A DNA stretch of 64,000 nucleotides from Ostreococcus lucimarinus (lineage: Eukaryota). Positions 38,198 to 48,604 of the stretch are shown one piece after another. Where the stretch lies: NCBI GenBank assembly GCA_000092065.1, contig CP000583.1; one strand, given 5' to 3'. A program made the translations under genes and the position numbers. Each line of letters opens with the position of its first letter. The stretch's first letter is position 1. The notes beneath the pieces were generated by a model that made no database searches, was not told the DNA's origin, and worked only from the letters and a program-made list of their open reading frames with translations.

Positions 38198-38396
38198 CGT
38201 CGATCGTCGACGGGACGGGGTCGAGATCGCGCGTTCGAGACGACGTCGCTCTCGAGTTCGCGCGCCGCGACGCGCGTCGGTGTGTGTCGCGCGTCCCGTC
38301 GAGTCAACAAGTTGTTTGTTGACTCGCGCGAGACACGAACCGTCACGAAAGCGGGCCGAGACGCGTCCAGACGTCGGCGCGAGACACGACGACGCG

Positions 38397-40934
38397 ATGA
38401 CGAGCGATGGCGCCGCGCCGACGACGCCGAACGAAGACGAGCTCGCGCTCCGCGAACCTCTCGTCGGTGGAGCGACCGCGATCGAGTCGGGGTACGACAG
38501 CGACGTCGACGTTCCCGCGGACGCCTCGGCGTCCGTGCCCGAGGCGAGAAGAGAGGAAGAACCGACGACACCAGCCACGCCACCGCGACGAGTGAACTTT
38601 CGAGGGTTCACCGCGCGCACGCAGTCGTTGTATCTCGGCACGGAACGAACGTTGAGTACGCAAACGACGGATTCGGGCGCCCCGGAGGACGCGGTGGAGA
38701 GTTTGGATTTTGCCGACGTCGATTCCCATTGGGCGCGGCGCGCGCGCGGACGCGGCGTCTTCTCCAAAGTTTCGGCGAAGTGGATCGTGGCGGCGTTCAT
38801 CGGTGTCGGTGTCGGTACGATTGCGTTTCTCATCGATGTCTCGGTGCTCTATGCATACCGAGGTCGCGGGAAGCTGTTCGAAGTGTGTCGCCGACGCGTC
38901 CATCTGGCGTTGGCGATGTTTGCGTACGGCGGTGTCGGCGTCGCACTCGCCGCGATCGCTGGGGCTCTCACGACGTACGTCGCGCCGCGAGCCAAGGGTG
39001 CAGGGGTGCACTACGTCATGGCAATGTTGAACGGAATATACATTCCGAAAGCGTTCGATGCGTCGACGCTTTGGGTTAAAGCTGTAGCCACGATCGCTGC
39101 GGTATCGTCAGGACTTATGATCGGTCCGGAAGGGCCATTGGTACATGTGGGCGCTGCTATTGCGATGCAATTTACGCACGGAGCGTCTTCTGGTATGGCG
39201 GACCTCTTTCAATCGGACCTCGACCGCTCTGACTTCATATCCGCGGGCGCTGCGGCCGGGATCGCCGCCGCGTTTGGCGCGCCCATCGGCGGGGTATTGT
39301 TTTCGTTGGAGGAAGCGAGCACGTTTTGGAGAGAGAGCACGACGCGCCGCGCGCTGTTTTCGGCGAGCATCGCCACTTTTGTCCTCGCACTGGCTCGCGC
39401 GGTGTTTCTGGAAGGATCGGCGGCTTCAGAACATACGCAAATGAAAAATCCTGGCTTGCTTCGTGTGGGCGATTTCGATTCGACGTACTTTTTGATAGAG
39501 CTGCCGTTCTACGCCGCCCTCGCCGGCACGTGCGGTGTGATCTCAGGCATCGTGACAAAGTCAATCATCTTTGTGTCCACCAACTACACCCCGCAGCGAA
39601 ACGAACGTCGGCTTGCGCAAGTCGTTCTTGTCTCCCTGGCGTGCGTCGTAATGTTTTTCGGCGTCGCCGCCGCAGGAAAGTGCGTGACAGAGACCCCCGG
39701 TGAAGTGTCGAGATGGAGTGAAGCGTCGATACGATTGTGGTGCGCCGAAGGTGAATACGCGGACTTGGGTTCGATTCTACTGGGCAACAAAAACGATGTC
39801 ATCGCCTGGGTCCTCGGGTCGCCGGCAAAGGCGCACACTTTACACGCGTTGCTACTATCTTTCGCGACGACGCTCATCTCTCTGATCATGGCTGCGAACC
39901 TTTTCGTACCCGCTGGGCTGTTCATGCCCACAATTCTGTGGGGTTCGTTGCTCGGGCGAGCGGCGGCAATCGTCGTCGAGCACTCTTTGAGCCCGCTCGG
40001 CGATTTACGCGTGAATCCACACGCGTACGCGCTCGTCGGCGCCACCGCCGCGCTTGCTGGCACGTTTCGAGCCACGATTTCCGTCGTAATCATCGTGTTA
40101 GAGGGCGTCGGGAAGAGTGCGTTTCTATTCCCGCTCCTCATCGCCGTTGCGGGCGCAAATTTGGCGTCGCGACTATTTGGGGCGAGTCTTTACGAGGAAC
40201 AACTCGTGCGCTCGAAGATTCCATTTTTGCACGCCAAGCCGCCGAAAGCGCTCCTGGACGACTCCATCACAGCCTTCGATGTGTGCGCGCGCGACGTCGT
40301 CGCTTTCAAGGCGATCGAAAAAGTGAGTGCGATCGAAGAAGCTTTGGCCCAAACGACGCACAACGGATTCCCGATTCTCAGCGCGAAAGGCAAACGCGTC
40401 ATCGGCGTCATCCTTCGCAAGCAACTGCTCGTGCTCTTATCTCGCCGAGCGTTCGTGGAGAATCTCGTCCACGCGCCCGTGTTGAACTCATCAGCCATGG
40501 AAGAAGGTCACGACGACGACTCCGTGCTCGGCGGCCGAACGCCCGACGACGTCGTTTCGCTTCGCGTCGCCGAGTATTGCGCCGAGCTCACCAGAGTCAT
40601 GCGAGGCTTCCATCATCGTTCGAGCAGTTCTCGTCACGGTCGTCGCGCTGAGTCTTCCATCATCGCTCGACTCGGTCTCACCGACGTCGAGCGCGAGCGT
40701 CGTTGCGATCTGGGCGTCTTCATGGCGTTATCTCCCGCCTCCATCGCCGCCGACGCGCGCGCGAGAGACGCGTACGTCCTCTTCACTCGTCTCAGTCTTC
40801 GCCATCTGTGCGTCGTCGACGCCGCCACCGGCGCCATTCGCGGCATCATCACTCGTCACGATTTGTTCGACGCCGCGGAATCTGTCGATCGCTCGCTTCA
40901 TCACTCCGTTTCGTCTTCTTCGATTTTGTTGTAA
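38397..40934 (+). CDS. CLC-family voltage-gated chloride channel / H+-Cl- exchanger with C-terminal CBS domains
   Basis: ATG at 38397. Selectivity-filter motifs GPEGPLVHVGAAIA (GxEGP) and GAPIGGVLFSLEE. About 10-12 TM. C-terminal CBS pair (HNGFPILSAKGKRVIGVILRKQL; HLCVVDAATGAIRGIITRHDL). Confidence 0.9.
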   Translation: MTSDGAAPTTPNEDELALREPLVGGATAIESGYDSDVDVPADASASVPEARREEEPTTPATPPRRVNFRGFTARTQSLYLGTERTLSTQTTDSGAPEDAVESLDFADVDSHWARRARGRGVFSKVSAKWIVAAFIGVGVGTIAFLIDVSVLYAYRGRGKLFEVCRRRVHLALAMFAYGGVGVALAAIAGALTTYVAPRAKGAGVHYVMAMLNGIYIPKAFDASTLWVKAVATIAAVSSGLMIGPEGPLVHVGAAIAMQFTHGASSGMADLFQSDLDRSDFISAGAAAGIAAAFGAPIGGVLFSLEEASTFWRESTTRRALFSASIATFVLALARAVFLEGSAASEHTQMKNPGLLRVGDFDSTYFLIELPFYAALAGTCGVISGIVTKSIIFVSTNYTPQRNERRLAQVVLVSLACVVMFFGVAAAGKCVTETPGEVSRWSEASIRLWCAEGEYADLGSILLGNKNDVIAWVLGSPAKAHTLHALLLSFATTLISLIMAANLFVPAGLFMPTILWGSLLGRAAAIVVEHSLSPLGDLRVNPHAYALVGATAALAGTFRATISVVIIVLEGVGKSAFLFPLLIAVAGANLASRLFGASLYEEQLVRSKIPFLHAKPPKALLDDSITAFDVCARDVVAFKAIEKVSAIEEALAQTTHNGFPILSAKGKRVIGVILRKQLLVLLSRRAFVENLVHAPVLNSSAMEEGHDDDSVLGGRTPDDVVSLRVAEYCAELTRVMRGFHHRSSSSRHGRRAESSIIARLGLTDVERERRCDLGVFMALSPASIAADARARDAYVLFTRLSLRHLCVVDAATGAIRGIITRHDLFDAAESVDRSLHHSVSSSSILL

Positions 40935-40991
40935 CTCCCGATCGCTCGCTTCATCACTCCGTTTCGTCTTCTTCGATTTTGTTGTAACTCC
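40886..40991. repeat. perfect 53-bp tandem duplication spanning the CLC stop codon
   Basis: cgatcgctcgcttcatcactccgtttcgtcttcttcgattttgttgtaactcc x2. The first copy encodes the last 15 codons plus the TAA stop of the CLC gene; the second copy lies in the 3' UTR. Confidence 0.9.
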
Positions 40992-41045
40992 GCCTCGCGA
41001 CTCGCGAAATCCCTCAGTGCGCGCCTCGCCTCGCCGCGGTGTGTC

Positions 41046-41518
41046 ATGAGCACCACGTTCGCCCAACGTTGGTTACGACCGGAGGTGCGTCAAGGCTCGA
41101 GACGACGACCGTGGAGGACGCCGGACGCGTCGCGCGGAGCGCACGGCGCAGAGCGCGTCGTCACCCGTCGTCCGCGCGCGATCTTCGCGCGGCGCCGTAC
41201 CCTAAACGATCACGACGACTGACGACGTCCCGTCCTCGTTCGCGCGCGCAGGTGTACCCGATCTTCGCCGCCATCGGTGGAGCCGTGGGATTGTGTGGAT
41301 TCTTCTGCACCCGCCAACTCGTCGCGAGCCCGGGGTTCACGGCGGCGAAATCTCGACGCATGGCTGGGATCCTCGAGACAAAGGCTGACTTTGACGAAGG
41401 GAAAAATTGGCGCGACCACCGCGTGCGACGATTCCTGCGCTCGATGTACGGCGGTAAAGGACACGGACCGCAAATTTTCCCCGGTTTGAACGAATCTTTC
41501 GGCGGAGGACAACACTAG
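41046..41518 (+). CDS. B12D / NDUFA4-like small mitochondrial membrane protein (two exons: 41046..41084 and 41252..41518)
   Basis: Exon 1 MSTTFAQRWLRPE plus exon 2 VYPIFAAIGGAVGLCGFFCTRQLVASPGF...AGILETKADFDEG...HRVRRFL matches plant B12D (M..RWVRPEVYPLFAA.GVAVGICGF...RAAGVL.N.AEG). Donor GAG|GTGCGT, branch CTGAC, acceptor CGCGCGCAG|GTG. Confidence 0.75.
41085..41251 (+). other. spliceosomal intron (167 nt) of the B12D-like gene
   Basis: GTGCGTCAAGG...GACGACTGACGACG...TTCGCGCGCGCAG. Confidence 0.75.
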
Positions 41519-41767
41519 AGGACGCGAACGCGCGAGCGAGCGACCAAACGAACGCGTCGAGCGCGACGACGGAGGGGCGCGTCGGATATCCGTCGCGATC
41601 GCGTTCGCTCGTCGCCGCGATGCGTCGTCGACGATCGATGAGTTCGATCGATACTAGCACTGTAATATACCCAACCAAGCACCACACGCCGCGCGACGAC
41701 CCCGCGCGAGCGAGGCGCGCGTCGCCGCAGTTGTCGAAGCGCCGCGCGAGCCGCGCGGCGCCCGGCG

Positions 41768-43066
41768 ATGTTCGTCACCGCGACGTCGTCGCCAGCCGCG
41801 CGCGTCTCGGCTCCGAACGCGCGCTCGCGGTGTTCTCAGCGCGCCGTCGCGCGCGCCGCGTCGTCGCCCGCGAGCACGTCGACGCGACGCGTGGACGATG
41901 AAAACGAAAACGCGTCGTCGTCGGTTGAGTTCATCTTGGCGACGCTCGGCGCGGCGACGACGTGCGCGTGCGGGACGAACGCGGATGGAGTGCGAGGTTT
42001 ATTCGCGTCGCGAGACGTGCGACGCGGGGAGACGCTGTTGGAGGCGTCGCTCGACGCGCACGCCGTGGTGGACGACCCGAGCGGAGACGCGCCGTGGTCG
42101 AGGCAACTGGCGCGAAGACTCGTCGAAGAACGACGACGCGCGTCGACGGATTTCATGCGGCGCTACGTGTCGAGTTTACCGCAAATGGGCGATGGACCGG
42201 CGATCGGGCTGGCGAACGACGCGCGGTGCGTCGAGGCGTTACGCGACGTCTGGGATTGCACCGAAGCCGTCGCGGATATGACGACGTTCGCGCGACAAAT
42301 CGAAGACTCGTTCGCTCTCGAACGCGCGCTCGATTCAAGCCTGAGTGAAGACGAATGGCGATGGGCGGTGTCGTTAGTGCACTCGCGCACGTTTCGTCTC
42401 GAGGACGAGCGTGGACGGCGACCGACGCGACGCGCGCTCGTGGCCGGGGCGGATTTAATCAACCACTCTAGCGTCCCCGAAGACGTGAACTGCGATTGGG
42501 TGGCGAACGACGCCGATGTATTCTTCATATCCGCCACGAAAGACGTTCGCAAGGGTGAAGAATTTTTTCTGTCGTACGGTGAACAGTGCGATCGGCACTT
42601 TGCGTTATTTTACGGGTTTCTTCCGCGGCGGAACTCGTTCAACCGAGTGAAACTGTTCAACAACGGCCGCGAGGCGCTGGATTGGTATCGAAAGCTGTGC
42701 GGCGCCGACGCCGCGGACGATATCTGGAACCGAGAGAGCGAGCGCGTGGTGAAAATGGTGTGCGACAAGTACGGAAAATATACGTTAGATAAGAAATCCG
42801 GACTTCGACGACGAGTGATTCAAGATTTGTATCTCGGCGAAGGCTGCGTCGTGAGTGATTCGATGCTCCTTTTGTTCAACGAAATGTGTGGCGACGAAGA
42901 GATGGCGATCGCGGCGATACGAACGCGCGCGGAAGAGTTGAAGACAAAAATGGTAAGCGCGACGGGTAAAATAGAGACCGGTATCGCGGTGTTAGATGCG
43001 TACTCGCAAGGGCTCGTCCGCGATTATCGCTCTAGAAAAATAGACATTCTCGACGCCGTGATTTGA
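41768..43066 (+). CDS. SET-domain protein-lysine methyltransferase (Rubisco LSMT/SETD3-like)
   Basis: ATG at 41768. GLFASRDVRRGETLL, ALVAGADLINHSS, KGEEFFLSYG (SET pseudo-knot region), plus a C-terminal substrate-binding-like domain. Confidence 0.8.
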   Translation: MFVTATSSPAARVSAPNARSRCSQRAVARAASSPASTSTRRVDDENENASSSVEFILATLGAATTCACGTNADGVRGLFASRDVRRGETLLEASLDAHAVVDDPSGDAPWSRQLARRLVEERRRASTDFMRRYVSSLPQMGDGPAIGLANDARCVEALRDVWDCTEAVADMTTFARQIEDSFALERALDSSLSEDEWRWAVSLVHSRTFRLEDERGRRPTRRALVAGADLINHSSVPEDVNCDWVANDADVFFISATKDVRKGEEFFLSYGEQCDRHFALFYGFLPRRNSFNRVKLFNNGREALDWYRKLCGADAADDIWNRESERVVKMVCDKYGKYTLDKKSGLRRRVIQDLYLGEGCVVSDSMLLLFNEMCGDEEMAIAAIRTRAEELKTKMVSATGKIETGIAVLDAYSQGLVRDYRSRKIDILDAVI

Positions 43067-43116
43067 GGCGACTGTACATACAATTGTTTACATTTCGCGC
43101 CCTATTGCGTCACCGC

Positions 43117-43230
43117 CCAGTTACGTCGATATTAGCGTTTTCGTCGCGTCATCGATCCAAGATCCGGTTTTTAACACCACCCAGTTACGTCGATATTAGC
43201 GTTTTCGTCGCGTCATCGATCCAAGATCCG
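43117..43230. repeat. two 50-bp direct repeats (14-bp spacer) at the 3' ends of the convergent SET genes
   Basis: ccagttacgtcgatattagcgttttcgtcgcgtcatcgatccaagatccg at 43117-43166 and 43181-43230. The second copy contains the last 12 codons and stop (WIDDATKTLIST*) of the minus-strand SET gene. Confidence 0.85.
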
Positions 43231-44750
43231 TTTTTGAGCAGACTTTCTTCCGTGAGCACGCCTTGGACGGCCGCAAAAGTGCTCTTCGCTCCGGTACGAA
43301 GACGCTTCGCCGTGCGGAAACGCGCCGCGAACTCGCCGCCGACGGCTTCAGCCGTTCGCTCGAGCTCGGCAATCTCCGCGTCCGTGGCACCACAGACGAA
43401 TGCTTCCACTTGAGTAAGCAACCACGCGACGTATCGTCCCGCTCGCCGACGCGTTTCCGGCTTGAAACTAAACAACGAGCCGTCACCGCCGCCGTTCGAT
43501 GCGATCACCGCGGACGCGGCGACGGCGACGACTTCGTCCGCGTCGCAACACATGAGACCAGCGATACCACCGAGCACTTTTGGATTCCCTCGCATCGTGA
43601 GCACGAACGATAGTTCCTCGCCCTCGTTTAAGCCCAAAGCGCCGCACCGCTCGAGGAGTCTGCGTCTCAGCGCGGCGGTTTCTTCTCTATCTTCCTTCGC
43701 TACGGCGTTCAATCCGTTCGCGAACACAGTGTCTGGTAAGTTGAAAACGACCGAGCAATCGCCGTGCGACGGCGTCGAAGGTACGAATCCGTACCACAAC
43801 CACATTTCCTCATTCGACAGTTCGCCGTACGTCCAGCGCAAAGCTTGACCTTTCGCTACGTCGCGTGTCGTCTTCCAAATAGATTCGCCGACGTCATTCG
43901 ATTCGATGCTGACATTCGGCCCGTCGTCGCTGTCGTCGCTCGTGCTCGTGGGCGAGTGATTGAGCACGTCGCAAACGGGTACGAGACATCGCTTACGCTC
44001 GATGACGTCCGTTCCAGACTTTTTCACCGCGAACGTAATCGCTCGACTGCGCACCATAGACCACGCCCAAGCGAATTCGAGATCCTCCAACGCCGGCTCG
44101 TCGCTCATTTTAGCGACAATCTGTCTCGCGTCGGCGCATGACATCGCAAATTCTCGTCGCGCCGCGTCCACCTGGTCGACGAAGTGGAGCGAGAGCATCG
44201 GCACAAGCGCTTCCAACGATTCGTCCTCGTACAGCGCGGGCGTGTCCGCCGCCTCTTTCGGGAGCGACAACGCGTACGCCCCCAAAGCCGAACGTTCGGG
44301 ATATCGTTTCGCAAAAACCAACATGAGTGCCATCGGGACGTCATCGCTCACGAGTCTTTGTACTTCGCCTTCGTACGCAGAAATCGCCGCGTTTGCGCCG
44401 AAAGCGTCGTCGCTCCGCGCGTACGTGGCGTCGAACGCCGTCGACGACAGCGCGCGCGTCATGATGGGCGTGTCGGCCGGGATGTGGACTTTTGCCACGA
44501 CGCCGCACACGCCTTCTTCGCTCTCGACGCCCCCGATGTCGACTAAATCGTCGCGCGTTCGCGTCCCGTCTCCCGCCGCCGCCTCGCACAGACGAACGAA
44601 TCGCGCACCGTCGTCGACGGTCGCGTGCGCGCGCGCGCGACGCGCGCGAGGAGACGTCGACGCAAACGAAGATGAACTCGCACGTCGCGCGTCGTTCGCG
44701 ACGCGCACGACGTCGCGCGCGAGAGAGGTCGTCGCGAACGCCACAGCCAT
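43185..44750 (-). CDS. SET-domain protein-lysine methyltransferase (Rubisco LSMT/SETD3-like), paralogue of the upstream convergent gene
   Basis: ATG at 44748-44750. CLVPVCDVLNHS, QALRWTYGELSNEEMWLWYGFV, and a C-terminal helical domain. Confidence 0.8.
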   Translation of the reverse strand: MAVAFATTSLARDVVRVANDARRASSSSFASTSPRARRARAHATVDDGARFVRLCEAAAGDGTRTRDDLVDIGGVESEEGVCGVVAKVHIPADTPIMTRALSSTAFDATYARSDDAFGANAAISAYEGEVQRLVSDDVPMALMLVFAKRYPERSALGAYALSLPKEAADTPALYEDESLEALVPMLSLHFVDQVDAARREFAMSCADARQIVAKMSDEPALEDLEFAWAWSMVRSRAITFAVKKSGTDVIERKRCLVPVCDVLNHSPTSTSDDSDDGPNVSIESNDVGESIWKTTRDVAKGQALRWTYGELSNEEMWLWYGFVPSTPSHGDCSVVFNLPDTVFANGLNAVAKEDREETAALRRRLLERCGALGLNEGEELSFVLTMRGNPKVLGGIAGLMCCDADEVVAVAASAVIASNGGGDGSLFSFKPETRRRAGRYVAWLLTQVEAFVCGATDAEIAELERTAEAVGGEFAARFRTAKRLRTGAKSTFAAVQGVLTEESLLKNGSWIDDATKTLIST

Positions 44751-44825
44751 GGCGTCAAAAAGTGTCGCGTCGTCTTGCGACGACGCTCGCCGACGCGCGA
44801 GGACACGCGGGCGAACGCGCGAGCG

Positions 44826-45653
44826 ATGAAGGTGACGCCATCGATGCTTCGACGCGTCGTGGTGTTCGGCGGCAGCGGATACGTGGGGAGCGCCATCGCG
44901 AGGGCGCTGACGCTGGTGACGACGTCACCGGCTGTCAAGGCGACGACGCAAACGACGTCGAGCGATGCGGCGAAGGCGGACGCGAAGGCGGACGCGAGCG
45001 ATGCCGTCGATATCGTGTGCGCGTCTCGCACGGGCGCACCTCCGTCTTGGGCGCGCGACGAACCGTGGGCGGCGCGCGCGCGTTGGGTAAAGTGCGACGC
45101 GCTCGACGTCGCGCAGTGTCGAGAAACCGTACGAGGGGCTACCGCGGTCGTCACCGCGATAGGTGGCTTACCATTTCCTTGGCTCAAAGCTGAAGAAATC
45201 GTGCGAACAAACGGGGCGACGAACGTGATTCCCGGTCGAGCGGCGATGGAAGAGGGCGTGCGAAGATTGGTCGTTGTCGGAGCCTCGATTCCGCCATTCG
45301 TGCCTGGTCTCGCGTCTTACGCCGAGGGCAAGGCTCAGGTGGAGGCGTTCGCGCGAGACGAATTTGCGAGTGAAAGCAACGGACGGCGTGCGTTCATACT
45401 CAAGCCCGCGGCAGTGAGCGGGACGCGCAGAATGGGTGGCGGCGTAACGCTTCCTTTGTCGCTCGTCATGGACCCGACGCGAGCGATTTTACGCGCGTGC
45501 GGCGGCGCGCTCGTCGAAAATGCTCCAGTTCCTTTGGAAAACGTTGCGCGAGCGGCGGTGAAAGCGGCGCTAGATGACGCGTACGGCAACGATGGGTTCA
45601 CGATGATCACGAACAAGTCACTCATCGAGGACTTTGGTGGCGAAGTCGCGTAG
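44826..45653 (+). CDS. NAD(P)-binding Rossmann-fold protein (NmrA/atypical SDR-like)
   Basis: ATG at 44826 (MKVTPSMLRRVVVFGGSGYVGSAIARAL = GxxGxxG dinucleotide-binding motif). The 75-bp spacer to the divergent SET gene suggests a shared promoter. Confidence 0.6.
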   Translation: MKVTPSMLRRVVVFGGSGYVGSAIARALTLVTTSPAVKATTQTTSSDAAKADAKADASDAVDIVCASRTGAPPSWARDEPWAARARWVKCDALDVAQCRETVRGATAVVTAIGGLPFPWLKAEEIVRTNGATNVIPGRAAMEEGVRRLVVVGASIPPFVPGLASYAEGKAQVEAFARDEFASESNGRRAFILKPAAVSGTRRMGGGVTLPLSLVMDPTRAILRACGGALVENAPVPLENVARAAVKAALDDAYGNDGFTMITNKSLIEDFGGEVA

Positions 45654-45731
45654 GCGAAATCGCGTAGCGACGAATCGCGAAAGCGACTTCGGCGCGCAGT
45701 ACTAGTACTAGAACAAATGTTGTATTAAAGA

Positions 45732-46496
45732 CTAAACGATTCCAGCTGCTTCGGCGATTGCCTGCTTCGCTCTACCCAACCTACGTCTGCGCTCCCACGG
45801 CATTTCGTCGTCGAAGACTTCCACCGTCCGCTTCGGCGCCGCGTCGGTTTCTTCGACGGTGACTCTGACGTGCGAGCGCGGGCGATGCATGACGCCTGCG
45901 CGTCCTCGACCGTGGATGGAAACCCGTCGCAGGTACTCGCCCTTTCCGACCGTCGCGGACGACACTACTAGTCGCTCGCGATCGAGCCCTTGATTGTTAA
46001 CCGCGTTTCCAATGGCGCTCTGGAGCACCTTCGCTACAGTCTTCGCCACTCGCTTTGGACTCATGTCGCACTGGATGAGCGCGTCGTCGACGCGAAGCCC
46101 GCGGACGAGGCGGAGAAACGCGCTAAACTTCTTCGGTGAGCCTTTTGCGCCCCGTAGAATCGCACTCGCGCTCTCGGATATCCCCTCGTCCGTCAACGCG
46201 CCCGGGATGAACGCGCCTCGCAAAGCGTTGGTCGGCGCCGGCGCCTGTCGCAGCGGACTCACGCCGGGTTCACCGCTCGAAGACGCCGCAGAAGATGTTG
46301 ACGTCGCGTCTTCGCTCGCTTGATCACCTTTGCCGTCGAACGCGCGCGGTGAGGCGTGAAAACTCCGCACGCCGCGCGCGGTGTGCAACCAGCCGTCGAA
46401 CGGTGCGAACGTCGACGGAGACGCCGTTGACGTGGACGCGCGCACGCTCGAGCTCGCGCGATGCAGCGTGCGCAGCGTTGCGAGCATTCTTGACAT
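45732..46496 (-). CDS. RPL22: organellar ribosomal protein uL22 (bacterial type)
   Basis: RGAKGSPKKFSAFLRLVRGLRVDDALIQCDMSPKRVAKTVAKVLQSAIGNAVNN is a uL22 core. Start placed at MSRMLATLRTLHRASS (~46494-46496, presequence-like); the track ORF extends to 46946. Confidence 0.8.
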   Translation of the reverse strand: MSRMLATLRTLHRASSSVRASTSTASPSTFAPFDGWLHTARGVRSFHASPRAFDGKGDQASEDATSTSSAASSSGEPGVSPLRQAPAPTNALRGAFIPGALTDEGISESASAILRGAKGSPKKFSAFLRLVRGLRVDDALIQCDMSPKRVAKTVAKVLQSAIGNAVNNQGLDRERLVVSSATVGKGEYLRRVSIHGRGRAGVMHRPRSHVRVTVEETDAAPKRTVEVFDDEMPWERRRRLGRAKQAIAEAAGIV

Positions 46497-46663
46497 CGTC
46501 GATGCGCGGTGCGTCTTTCGTCGTCGTCGACGCGCGACTGAGTGAAGACGAGGTGATCCCTGCAAACCCTGGCGCGCGCGCGCGCGCCGCGTTCTCGTCG
46601 CTCGTTTTGGCGGTTTAAGTTTTGGTTGCAGCTGAATAACACAGACAAAATTGTGACGGCGAT

Positions 46664-48414
46664 CTAGGCGCGTGGCGGGGTGGTCCACCCGGCTTCCACA
46701 GGACCGCGGTCGTAAATGACCTCGCGATGGCACGACCAGACGAGCCGAATCGCTTCGATGGTTCCGATTCCACCGGCGAGCGGCGTGCCGGCGGGACCGA
46801 ACCAATGGTTTTGAGGCGCGCCCGTCGTTCTCGCGCGTCGACCGGCGTACGTGGTACCGTTTACAGTTGATCCAAGGACGCGCTGGACGAACAACTCGTC
46901 GCTCGACACCACCGCGGCGGTCAGATGTGCGTCCATTTTCTCGCACGCGTCGAGCACGAGCGAGACTTCGTCGTCGCAGTAAGACGTGAGCACTTGCAGC
47001 GGGCCGAAAATTTCCGTCGTCGCGAGCTTGAAGTTTTCATCGCTCGCCATGATTGTTTTTAACGGGACAAAGATAGCCGTCGGCTCGATGGCGCCGTATT
47101 GCGAGGGAATATTATGCTCCCCCTCGTTCAACTCTCTTCCGCCGAAGGCGACGCGAGCGCCGGGGAGTTCAGCCAGTTTCTTCGCGTGATCCAACATCGT
47201 TTGCGTGGTCACGGTGAGCACGGGGCCAACCGTCAAGTCGCTCAGATTGCGCTGCGCCGCGAGTGATGCGATCTTCGCTTCAATTCCAGCCTTGACCCAG
47301 TTCTCGTGCATGAACAAAATTGATTGCGCCGAACACTTTTGACCGCTGCACGCGTACGCGTCCTGATCGCAAACGTGCGCCACGTAATCAACGTCACCGA
47401 CGTCCGGGCCGAGAATCTTCCAATCGAACCCAGCGTCTTCGAGCTTGACGTTGCCGTCGAGCTCTTTTGTGAGATGGTGCGCAACCTTTTGCGACCCAGT
47501 GAAGAGCGTCATCTTCGGTTTCGCTCTGCGCAAAATTTCGTTCATCGTCGCGCCATCGCAGTTAATGAAATCCAGGTCGGTCGCCGGGGCCCCGCATTCG
47601 AGCATGAGCCTGATGAACTGCTCGAGCACGATGGAAACTTTCGTATCAGATTTTACCAACGCCTTGTTCCCCATGAAAAGCGCGCCCATGAGTTGCAACA
47701 CGGGAATCTCCAAGGGAAAGTTGAAAGGCGTGATGACGGAAACCGGTCCGTACGGCCATCGCAACCCGTGCGACGTTTGGCCGAGATGGTCTCCGGAAAC
47801 GGAAAATCCTCGCGCCAGAAAACGTACGTTGTCGCCTGCGAAGTTTTCCAAAAACTTTCGCGTCACTACGACCTCAGCGAGAGCTTGAGCGTGGGATTTC
47901 GGCGCCACGCGTTGAATGAGTCGCGCGAAGAATTCCTCCACGGCCGGTTTGCGCATCTCCTCCGCCAACTTCGCGCTGACTTCACCGTACTTCAGGTAGC
48001 GTTCAGGCGCCTTGAATGGATTATGCAACCCGCTCTTCGGGCACGACGCCAACGATCGCGCGACTTCGGCAATCTCGCCTTCGGTGTTCGTCTTCGGCGC
48101 GACGACGACGACGTCGTCCTTCGCCATCGGGTCCACCACGCGTTCAGTCGTCTCCCCCGTTGACGGTGCGCGCCAGGTGCCGTTTATGAGATTCGCGCAC
48201 GTCGCCGGTCCGCCGGTGCGCCGCGACATCGCCTCTGGGTCGCACGTCGCCCACGTCGGTACATTCCGCGCGGCGCACGCCCGTCCTCGTCCTAACGACT
48301 TTGCGCGCGCTGATTGTGCTGACTGTGCGCGCGCGAAGGACGTCGATGCGACGGCGTCGCGCGGCCAACACGCCGACGCGCGCGACGCGAGCGCGCGTCT
48401 CGCGCGCGCGTACA
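46664..48414 (-). CDS. aldehyde dehydrogenase (ALDH12 / delta-1-pyrroline-5-carboxylate dehydrogenase-like), mitochondrial presequence
   Basis: ALDH fold with catalytic region ELGGKSP-equivalent (MTLFTGSQKVAHHL) and catalytic Cys context YACSGQKCSAQS. First ATG MYARARRALASRA (~48412-48414); the track M1 is GTG. Confidence 0.8.
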
Positions 48415-48604
48415 TCGCGCGTCGATCGCCGCGTCGCGGAGTCACGCGTCGAACGTCCTCGCGCGCGTCGACGTCGTTTGATTTGATTAATCAAAAACAT
48501 CCACCCGCGCGGTGGTCGTTCGCCTCGAACGACGCGCGATCGTCATTCGGACGCGCGCGCTCGGTCGTCGACCGCGGGAGCGTCGAGCGCGCGCGACCGC
48601 GGCG

